64,000 nt of DNA from NCBI GenBank assembly GCA_020137815.1, contig CM035351.1, positions 9,176,001 through 9,240,000 on the forward strand, in the 5' to 3' direction. A program made the translations under genes and the position numbers. The notes beneath the pieces were generated by a model. It saw only the letters and a list, made by a program, of their open reading frames with translations. It searched no databases and was not told the DNA's origin. This document shows positions 53,798 through 64,000 of the stretch, piece by piece. Every line of letters starts with the position of its first letter. Positions within the stretch are counted from its first letter, which is position 1. Origin of the DNA: Hormiphora californensis (taxonomy: Eukaryota; Animalia; Ctenophora).

Positions 53798-54310
53798 GGC
53801 AGCTGGGCCACGTTCTCATATTCCCAGTAGAAGACTGGCTTTTGTAAGTTTTGGTTGTTCTAAGAACTTCGTTTTCTCTCCTCTACACATCCACAGATAT
53901 GCTTACAGATTTTACTGTGTACTGTGAACCCGTGGAAATGTATTGTGTTGCAAAGTGTATCTGCATTTCTATACGCATCATGCTTGCTACTGCCGCATGG
54001 TAGGGCAGGCACCGTGCCTACAATCTGTGTGTGCTGTACAGAGATCTGACTATTATGTTCATTGATGTCTCTCTGCTTAGTGTATAGAGTTGTGTATGAT
54101 TCGTTGCGGGCTACTTGTAGAGTGCATTGCTAGTTATTACTCGGAATACAATCTTGCACGGTCATTTTGCTTGGTTAATCCAGAGGCAATGTGTGTCACT
54201 TTGTTCATGATTTGTTGTTGCAGGTTATAGAACTCCCCCTTTTTATTCCCACCTCCCCCTATATAACCCATATCTCTCTATCCCCCCTAATGACCCCTCA
54301 TGTTGTGTTA

Positions 54311-54855
54311 GAGCCTTTCTAGACGAGACAAAATCTCGTATGAGGCTCCTATAGTAGGCTCCTATAGGAGGCTCCTATAGTAGGTAGCAAGACCACTCTA
54401 AACGAGTAACTGGCTACTATAGGAGCCTCCTATAGGAGCCTCATACGAGGCTCGTCTAGAGATGATTTGGACCGTCGTATGAGGCTCCTATAGTAGCTAT
54501 TGCACGTGATCGTTGTCACGTGTGAACGAAATATTATACCGGGGTAAATAATGGGTCGTGTTAACAGGGGGTGAAGTGTGAATGTAAGGCTTCCACAACG
54601 TCCCCGTTTCATATTTCGTTCACACGTGACAACGATCACGTGCAAAAGCTACTATAGGAGCCTCATAGGAGGGTCCAAATCATCTCTAGACGAGCCTCGT
54701 ATGAGGCTCCTATAGTAGGCTGTAATGGTTCAAACTCTAACAGGCTGTTAGAGTAGAAATGAAGCTCTAGACGAGTATCCACCTACTATAGGAGGCTACT
54801 ATAGGAGCCTCCTATAGTAGCCTCATACGAGATTTTGTCTCGTCTAGAGAGGCTC
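54311..54855. mobile_element. PIF/Harbinger-type MITE with TTA TSD and nested internal palindromes
   Basis: tta|gagcctttctagacgagacaaaatctcgtatgaggct...agcctcatacgagattttgtctcgtctagagaggctc|tta; inner inverted repeats 54420-54535 / 54611-54720. Confidence 0.85.
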
Positions 54856-54865
54856 TTAGGTTCAC

Positions 54866-57119
54866 ATGGATGTACCGGGTGATAGGGTCCAGCTGGACAG
54901 TGATGAGGGGGAGGAGTTCCAGGATCTGGTAATCAAATTTAGTAGTCTGAGAACACTTCTGGAGAAGGGAAGTGGAGCTCTCATCTCTGCTTATGACAAT
55001 GATGTGAAACACAAAATCAGTAGGTGGCATTCAATTATCATGTAGGTCATTCATTCCTCCGTGCTATGTCGCAATTATATGAACATTATATCCCAGCCCC
55101 ATCTGTTATACCACCTAGCCTGTCGCCCAATTTTAACCCTCTCCTTCCCCCTGCTTGAATTGTTCCACCCCTTACAGGTAAGCACGACCAGGCAGTTATT
55201 GTAGGTGTATCGGAACAAGATGACTCTGCTATATCCCCAGTGGGGGCGTCCTCAGAGAATGATGCCCGGATCATGGCGGATGTATGTAGGATGCACATGG
55301 GAATGAAACCTAGCAGAGTGAAGCTCCTTACCCCCCATACCAAGACCCCGAGGAGGGAGGGTGTGAGGAAGTGCTTGAAGGAGGCCCTCAAGTCTTGCTC
55401 CAGGGAGGATTTGTTCTTGTTTTACTTTAGCGGTCATGGGTATATCTCAAAGGATGAACACTATCTTGTAACACAAGACTTCAGGTTCGTTGTAATTGTC
55501 ATTTCATCAGTGTGTTTCTTGTTTCTTTGTCAGTCTGTTGGTTTGTTTGTCTCTGTTGTGTCTCTGTTGTGTTGCTCGTTCTTGTGTCTGGCGGCCCACC
55601 TGGTCAATCTCAATATGTGATTTATTCCATGTGGATACACACAGAACTACTGCAGAGTTACACAGACACACTATTATTGTTTTCAAATATATGTTCTAGT
55701 CCTTATCGAACCTAGACAAATTTCCTCCGTCCACACAGGGTAGATGATGTGCGGAATACCGCTATTTCAGCACGTGACCTTCACAAATGGATATCCACAT
55801 CAAAATGTACACGTGTCCTATTCATTCTGGACTGTTGCTACGCTGAGAAGTTCCAGGTGACTTCATGATTCCAACCATATTTCATATCTTGAAATATATC
55901 TATTCCTGTTTCCTATAATCCAATATGTTCTCCATTGCACATTCTGTTCTCCACATTAAACACATCATGCCCACCAGGAAGCCCTCTATAGGCACAGTAA
56001 AGGTGCAGGATCTCCCCTTGGTAAGCACGTGTACCTACTAGCCAGCTCGGAGTTGAATGAACCGAGTGTGTCAGACGAGTGCTGGTTGGAACATGGATAT
56101 CTGACGTTCCTGGCGAAACACTACTTTAATTTCACCTGGTATGTTTTAGATTCTAGTTGTTGTTTTCTTCTGAAATGGTTGGTTCCTGTAACTGTACTAA
56201 CCCACACCCTCTGTTAACTACTAACACATCCACCCTGTAACACACAGTTCAGTTGAACAGCAGGTATCAGTAAGGAAGCTGACTAGATTCATCAGAAGGT
56301 ACGCAGAACCCCTTAGCCGCTTCACCTACACCGTATATGATGGACAGGTATAATGTATTTTACTGGATGGAAACATCAACCTAAATCGGAATAAAGTCAT
56401 CACATATAATTGAAGACAGGAGTTATGAGATTTGAAAGATGAAACAGCCGCTACTAATTATACCCCATGTTCAGGTGTTGCAGAGGCCAGTGTTAGCACA
56501 TCTGGTTCCTGAGGGGGGAGTGGAGACAGATGCCTCAGGGTACGCCCCTGACCCTGATCTACTGATGTACTGGAAAGGGAAGCTGAGGAAAACAAGGACC
56601 TTCCAGGATTGGTGGAGTGATCGATTAAAAGATGTACAGGTGGGTCATATTTAGTGTGTTAGCAAGTTTTCTCTGTCCTCCAGTTTCCTGTGCACTTCTA
56701 CACTTGCTAACTTTTATTGACTATGATATGAATATCATGTTCTTCTATTCACGTTGAAACACGTCCCCCTCTAGGTGGTTCTTGGTACCAACCTGTTTGC
56801 CTACTCCCGGATCTACTACGTGGTTTTACTGAACAGCCTCCACTCTCTCTGTATCCTACTCTGTGAGAGGGATATGATCCACATTGAGATAGAACAACCT
56901 GCCAACTATGCAGCCTTCTCAGATGCTCTCCTAGAGCTGGTTCTGGGTGATATCGACCAGCGGTCAGGAGATGAACATGAGTTGTTTATACAGGGTGTTG
57001 CGAACCCACACAAAGTGATTGATAGTGGGATTAGTGAGGGGATTAGGTCGGTTAATGAGCCATCGGCCCCACCCGGCTGTGAGATACCAGATACATATGA
57101 ACTGGGTACTGTAGGATAA
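54866..57119 (+). CDS. Bacterial-type caspase-like (peptidase C14, orthocaspase/metacaspase-like) protein, catalytic dyad intact (gene A, 7 exons)
   Basis: Phase-compatible exons 54866-55019, 55178-55484, 55739-55856, 55978-56138, 56248-56347, 56475-56639, 56775-57119. Motifs AVIVGV, SENDA, FYFSGHG, YLVTQD, FILDCCYA, LLASS..EPS, HGYLT, QRP. Confidence 0.85.
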
Positions 57120-57705
57120 CAATTGGGCATCTCAGAGCTATCAAATAATGTAGTTGTGAAAGAAGGTATAGGGGAGGAGGGACGGAAGTTGGACAATGAT
57201 TTGGGAAACTCCTGTGTCTCACATGAGATGCTGAAATCAGAACTAGAAGTTTTAAAATTATTTTGAATGGTTTACTAACTCTACTTAAATTTGATTCTTT
57301 TACCGTTTTTTAGATTTTAATTTCAAATAATTTTAACCAGAATTACGTAACATAATGCTTTTGCCCCCTGCACCCCAACTGACCTCACATTTTCTCAATG
57401 TTTTTATCTCTCGTTGCAGATTGACCGAACATTCCCTCACCCCCACCACCCTGCCCTAATTCCAAGCTGATAACCATAATCTCATGGTTTAGATAATGTA
57501 AAAAGTTGGGGACTTTCGGAAAACAACTCGATGTGACGTTATGTGAGGGTCTTATTATAAATTGAGGAATTTGAAGAGTGAGTTTCAAGTTACATTCGCT
57601 CCGCACCGATACTAACTATGTATTACTAGATCGAATATGAACTGTTTCTCTTGCTTATTCACTGTTGTGTAACATGTTTCCCCATCTCTTTAGGAGACAG
57701 TGAAG

Positions 57706-59305
57706 ATGACCCAGAACCACTCAGATCAGAGTACTACAGCTAACAAGGGAGATGTGGTAGTTCACTTTGACGATGATCACTACCCCCGCCTTACTACCAC
57801 TACACCACCACGTGACAGTCACGTGATCAGCGGTGCAGACTCTGCAATACTGATAGGTATCAGTAGCCTGGAGGGAGTTAGCAAGAGTTTCGTATCCGGG
57901 GCAACAGAGAACGATATTCACACCATGAGAGATGTCTTCATTGATACATTTGGAATGAAGCCTAGCTCGGTACATGCTCTCAGTACATTGTCCCAGACAC
58001 CAGCCAAGGTAGAAACTGTTAAGAAGACCCTGTCTAAAGTGTGTAAAGGGGCTAAACGAGGTTCAGCCATCTTCCTCTACATATCAGCACCGTGCTGGCA
58101 GCAGGGCGGGGAATACTTCATCCCAACCCAGGAATATCAAAGACGAGGGGCAAGCAGTTTTGGTATCACCTCAGATCTACTTGAAAAGTATCTTGGTAAA
58201 AGTGATGCCAGCCGGGTGTTCCTGTTTCTAGATTGTGATAACGCCGGCAAGTTCGCAGGGCCCCTTTGTACCCGATTGCAGAAGAGAGTGTGTGTGGTAG
58301 CGGCACATGGGAGTGTGGGAAGGGGTCTACAGGATGAGCGGATTCTAAAGCACGGCTACCTGACATTCTTCTTAAAGTTCTACCTGCGACGGTAATGAGC
58401 TATACTTCATCACCAACAGCTGCATGCATAGCTGCACAATATTTGCCGTATATATATCAAGTTTTCTAAATTGTGTCTAATATGTGAGGACCAAAGTGTC
58501 TCCAACAATTTGACTTTTTTAGGTTACGAGTGTCGAGCCTATCAATGGACAGCTTGATGGACTTTCTGTCGCAGTACACAACTCCCCTCAGCAAGTTTCA
58601 TTATGATGTTAAACTGAAACAGGTTGGTCTAAACAAGGCAGGCTACAATGAAGTATTCTAGCTAACTCTAATTGACAGTTGTTCCTCTATCCTTCTTCTA
58701 TAATCTATCACCTCCCTCTCACTAGGTAGTCCAGAAACCCACCCTGCTCGTCTCACAAGATGTAGGGGAGGTGGAGGCTGATGGAGTGAGGACTACCACA
58801 CGTCCCTCCTGGAGAGATGTGTTAACCCAGACTACCGCCTACACCTCCTGGCTGGGTAACAGAGAGACTGATTGTCTTGCTGTCCTGGGAGATAGGACAT
58901 TTGTGAAGACACAACTCTATATACACCTCTACCTGACATGTCTCCGATCTTTCTCTCTTCTCCTCCTTGAAAGGGATAAACTATACCTCGCAGACATGAA
59001 CAAAGTTGATATTGAGAGGTGAGATGTCGTAGTGTCTGTCCGTCTGTTTTTCACTATATGAGTGCAAAAGTACTTTTGTTTCGTGTTTTACAATGTGCTA
59101 CTATTATCACCCCCTCTCTCTCTCCTGCAGGTTAGCGGATGCAATAGTGGAAGTTGTGTCTGCCTGGGTGGACTCACTTGCCCATCCTGATCACGACAGA
59201 TGGGCCTCTTATGACGGTCTAGAGACCATCGACAGGGACTTTGTACTGAAGGGCCTAAAAGAAGGGGCTGGTATGGTGTGTGGTGAGACAGCAACTGAGA
59301 ACTGA
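57706..59305 (+). CDS. Tandem paralogue, catalytically inactive caspase-like protein (gene B, 4 coding exons)
   Basis: Exons 57706-58391, 58523-58622, 58726-59018, 59131-59305. Aligns with gene A (AILIGI, TENDI, HGYLTF, PLS.F.Y, QKP) but has LYISAPC for FYFSGHG and FLDCDNA for ILDCCYA. Confidence 0.85.
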
Positions 59306-61316
59306 GAATTGAAAACATTGAAATTTGAAGATATTGAACTGTGTATTGAAGTGTGTGATTCAACTTCACTTGGTTTAGATTTATTAATTATTGCTACAGA
59401 ATTTTAAGTATGTTAACTTTATATTCTATTTATTTTGTGTCAGCTTTAGCGCATTAAATTGTTTGTAGTTTTACCTCTATCAGACCTATATTAGTACACC
59501 TACCTAGATCTAGTAATACCTACATCTACCCACGCGGCTGGGCCAGAAATCCTCTGACAACCATCTAAAGTATCGGTCACTTGATTCCACCAAAACTGGA
59601 TCGGAACAGTGCCCGATTACCAGTCAACAGGGCACTGTGTAACACAGCCGCACTGAGAACAGTGTAACCTGTTAAAGTGTGTAAACTCCCCTACATATAT
59701 GTGTCGACTATATTAATGTAACGAGATAACACAAGTAAACGATTAGTGAGTGAAGCTGTATAGGAGAGCTATATGATCGAGTCCAATTATTGTCACTACC
59801 TCCGACATAATTATCTCTCTTCCTCTTTACTTGCTCACTTAATTTTCTATGAAATATGTGCATATCATACGGTAGACCGATCACCAATTAGTTATTAGCG
59901 AGTGAAATTACTGATGAGATCAAAGATTGATATAATTATTAGGACGCACCAAGCAATTATTTGGTTCTAAAATTAAGCCAAATGAACTACCAAATGAAAT
60001 ATGAATGTTAACTACTTTTCATTCTGAGTTCACGGATACGAGTTACAACCCTCTCATTCAGTGAGAGTCCCACATTTTATTCCGAAATCAGCCTCTTCTC
60101 AACACTAATTGTAAATGCCAAATATCGTGGCAGCGTGTTCACTATCTACTCATGTTTTGGAGCTAATTAGTACCCTGTGTGTTGAGCCTATCAGGGGCTT
60201 CCGGAAGTAATACGAGCCACGTGGGAGTGTCTTCATCTAGACTCTGAAGATGGAACACTTCTCTGGAACGCGCATCGCCGAACCAGAAAACAAGGAGAAC
60301 ACCGCGCGTAGAAGCGGCAAATATTGGAACGCGCAAATAAAAAGCCGCGCAATTTTGTGTTAAACAATGCGCGTTCGCAATACAAAATTTCGAAAAGAGA
60401 GAACTCCTTTTTGTCGTCTTTTTAAAAAACTTGGAATGCGCTGCAGCCCCCTCATGCGCGCACCCCCGCAACGAGGGGACTGGAGGGAATGCCGCGCGCG
60501 CGTTTGGCCTGATCCCGGCTGGGTCGAAGATAACTTTGCGGTCGAAAAAACGGCGGTGCTTATAACTTTGGCTCCTGAAGTCCGTTTGACTTGATTCTTT
60601 CACCAGTTGTTAGATCTGACGATTATCTACCTTGCTGTTTTTGAGAGAAGTTAATTGGACTTAAGGAGGCTGAGCAATAGCCGTTGAAAGATGGGTTGTT
60701 TTCAAAAAGTGACGTCACAGATTCTTGCAGGGACACCTTTTTAAAAATTTCATTCAAATTTTGATTTTACCGCACTCGATTTTGCGGAGTTTGGTTCATA
60801 TCTCCTGTTCCTGATAAGATAGAGACCTGAAACCGGTTGCATTTGAAAGCTGTTATCTTCCTCTTTCCAACGCTACCAAAACGATTTCTGTACCTTATCT
60901 GGAACCGGAGATATGATTGATTATGTATTCCCCCCTAGCGCGGTATTCCCTCCAGGCCCCTTATATTATATTATAAGGGGCCTGCAACGTATGCCAATAA
61001 AAAACAGAAATCGCCAGTTTGGACACGATTCAGCTTACTGAGATCAACACTTGTTGCGCTTAGGGGCACCAAGAGACGTGTGATCCCAGTCAGAGTGTTG
61101 ACTTTCGAGATACATGAGCAGAGAGAGGGAGAATGAGTATATGAGGGTGTGTGGGTAATTTATTGTAATTTATTGTTCCATTTTTCTAGTTTCAACTTTT
61201 TTTGTTTGGTTTATGCTTGAAAGACTATTTTTCTTGAAATTCCCTCCGTTTAAAGGCACACTTTACTAACTAAGACAGTAAATTAAAGCTGGTTCATCAC
61301 TAAACTGTTTCTATAG

Positions 61317-62948
61317 ATGTCAGATTCGTCAGATGACGAGTTGGGGCTGTTTTCGTTCTCCAACAAAAAGAAAATCCTGAAGGAGAGCGGACCAGTAGCC
61401 CCGTTACCCCAGCATGACGACCATGAACATGAACATGGCAAGATAGAAGAGCTACTTAAACGGAAGAACAAGCGGAAAAGGCTGGAACCAGTGGAAAACC
61501 CGGTAGTGAGTGCAGGATACTGTTGCTCGTATATTGGAAGAAGATGACGAAGATCCTTGTCAGGAAGAAGGACGTGAACTTGAATACCTCGGGTTCAGGA
61601 CGAAACAAATCTTTATGATGTGGACAAAGCTCTGGTAAAATACTGTATAGCTAGGGTCTTTAACTTGGTAATTGTTTGTAGAATCCACTTATTATGATAA
61701 CTCCGGATTTCTCTTTTCCAGTGCTGTAGAACCTGTCAATGAGGATTCACCGAACCCAAAAAAACGTCGGATGACCAAAACAGTAAAGAAACGCAATCAG
61801 TTACTCAGGTTCGTGTTATACAGTTTTTTCTATTTTGCCTCGTGTAAATCTACTGACTGGTCTTCTCTATTATTCACGACTCTCCAACAGTAAACTAGAC
61901 GGCATGATTGGTAAACTGACAGCTACGACGGGGGACCTGCTCGACACTAGTATTGAGGACCCCTCCGCTGATAGCTCACCCGCTGCAGAGCGAAGTATTA
62001 CCCTGAAGTTCCGGAAGAGTAGTAACATGCACAGATTCAAAGTATTCATGGTTAGTGTACAGCTGTAGTAGTGCATAACATTATGTAGCAGGATGCAGTG
62101 GACCTACATTCCCATATGTAATCGGCTCTTATACACTTCTTTCTTAAAAGTTTCCCTCTTGTAATACTCCATCGTATACCCCCGGACCCCCTCCCTGACT
62201 CCATTTCTACAGAGTACACCATTGAACATCCCGCTGGGTCACATAGCAGGGATGTACGATACGGTACCTAGCCAGTTACTACTGCAGCTAAACGATGAGA
62301 ACCTTGACCACGACAAATCCTCCCGTGAACTGGGGATAACTGTCGCTGACATAATAGGTGGGAGATGTCAGATCCCCGTCAGATCATAAAAAATGGAAAT
62401 CCCCTTTTGAATTTCTCACTCCCTCTGTTGCATTAATTTCAATTTATATTTACCAGAGGTATTGGTTGTTGGTGAGAGCAAGTCCGCTAAAACTACTACT
62501 GACGCTGATGAAACAAGTTCCATGGCCAGGCAATTACCAGGGACTCTGACAATCAAAATACAGAGCACTGGTCATAGAAATAATGTGAAAGAAATAAAGG
62601 TGTTCAAGGTAAGTACTTTTACAACATTTGACTCCCAGGAGAGGTTGGAGATAACTTGCCTTGTTCGACCCTTCCAGTGCATTTATAGAATAAAATACTA
62701 AGGGTTCGAACCAAACAAGAGATAACATTAACTTAATTTCTGATCTTGTAATCCGTATCTGATATATTCCTCCGCAGAACAAAAAGCTTGCGGAGTACTT
62801 GTTTGCAGTTACCAAGGAATTTGGGTATGGGGCTGCTCAATTTCGGTTTGATGGGGACTCTGTAGACCCGAAGAAGACACCTGGTGAACTTGACATAGAG
62901 GATGGAGATTGCTTGGACATTTTAGAAGTAGACTTATCTCAACAATAG
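61317..62948 (+). CDS. NFATC2IP: RENi-family (NIP45/Rad60/Esc2) protein with two SUMO-like domains
   Basis: Acidic/basic disordered N-terminus, then SLD1 (ITLKFR...LLQLNDENL...ELGITVADIIEV) and SLD2 (LTIKIQS...FRFDGDSVDPKKTPGELDIEDGDCLDI); exons bounded by GT-AG. Confidence 0.85.
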
Positions 62949-63244
62949 ATCTGTATATTTTAATGAGAATTAGGATTTAAATCAGTAACTTACTCAACAA
63001 AAACTTATTTAATTAGTTAACCGTTTTTAAGGTTTTGTTTTTACAATTTACATGATGGTGAATTTGTTTCTACATATTCCTATATTGTATTGGTTACAAA
63101 TCTGAATTATTCACATTCTATCTAGATATTGAGTTTGTTAAATTTTCGTATTTTACCGGGATCTTGACCCCCCCCCCCCCCCCCATTAAAGCCACCCACT
63201 CTAACTCATTGTTATTATTTAGGATGCTGAATTGAAGCCATGGA

Positions 63245-63851
63245 ATGGAGCCAAGCAATGGCCTACTGGATCGGTTCAGGACGGCTTTTAAAGAACTAGT
63301 AACACCTGTAGACACTGCAGAACCAGTAGATAATACCCAGGATGGGATACCAACTACTACAGTAACTAACCAGGAAGATACTGAGTCAGCCCCAATTCAG
63401 AAACTAGAGGAGGGTAGGACAACACTAGATGATGATGGGGATGTTTTCGAGGAACGGGAAGAGGATGAAGAAGTGAATCAGTTAGAGGGAAGGGAACTAG
63501 GGGAAGGAGAAGTTAAACAACTAGAAGATAATAAGGAGGAAGCAGAAGAGAATCAACTAGACTATAAGGAAGGAAGGAATCATTCCAGCTCTTCCGGTGA
63601 TGAAGACTCAGAGTTTGTTATAATTGAGCCCCCATCCCCACCTCCCTACATTGAACAATGTATTGATGTCTGCCCTCTGGAATCTATACCCCTCCCCGAG
63701 GTCACTGCCCAGTCACCAGAAGCAGTCGGGTTTAAACCCTCTCTCGGCCACATACCCTCCACCCAGCAGCCTCTCAGTATGTCACCCAGTTTCTTCGATC
63801 GGAGTTTAGAGTTTCTGAGGAGAGAACTGGATACCATCAAGTATACAATAG
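63245..63851 (+). CDS. First coding exon of an acidic, low-complexity protein of unknown function (probably continues beyond window)
   Basis: 206 aa open frame, Glu-rich, with a PPPY motif; likely donor atag|gtaatt at about 63851. Confidence 0.6.
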
Positions 63852-64000
63852 GTAATTACATGTAATTGTTAATTCGGGCTATTCGCCTTAGAATAGTTGA
63901 GTGGCCTGATCACAGTTTGTAGCATGCATTTTTGAGACACCCTCAACACCTCAATATTAACTCCCCAGGTTCACGACCCAATTTGACCCACGCACAGTGG

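Noticed and set aside
55066-55177. Alternative in-frame start MSQLYEHY...PA* for gene A
   Set aside because: Contains a TGA and looks like an intron 3' end; exon 54866-55019 joins in the right phase and aligns with gene B.
60163-60603. 146 aa minus ORF faintly resembling a GIY-YIG/Penelope C-terminus
   Set aside because: Similarity too weak to call by eye.

Overview
Eukaryotic (animal) genomic DNA with short GT-AG introns, many (CT/GA)n tracts and dense transposon content. The DEEA sodium channel and overall style fit a non-bilaterian such as a ctenophore (inference). Scattered single-base indels in otherwise conserved genes suggest an imperfectly polished long-read assembly. From left to right: MITEs, two minisatellites and a zinc-finger ORF that may be the end of a Polinton-like element (to 8.1 kb). 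Two divergent CR1/L2-type LINEs bracket an isolated last exon of HPD, and one LINE has a candidate -1 frameshift. Next come MULE-type MITEs and a CRE fragment, a 9-exon trypsin-family protease with C-terminal LDLa repeats, and shugoshin. A roughly 11.5 kb palindrome at 29.8-41.3 kb is probably partly artefactual, and is followed by a complete Nav2-type (DEEA) channel. The window ends with a tandem pair of caspase-like genes, an NFATC2IP/Rad60-like gene and a partial acidic protein. The best candidate for an undescribed system is the pair at 54.9-59.3 kb. These are intron-containing genes encoding bacterial-type (orthocaspase/metacaspase-like, peptidase C14) proteins, one with an intact His-Cys dyad and one catalytically dead. 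Both carry a conserved caspase-site-like VExD|(A/G) linker before a shared, unrecognised helical C-terminal domain.
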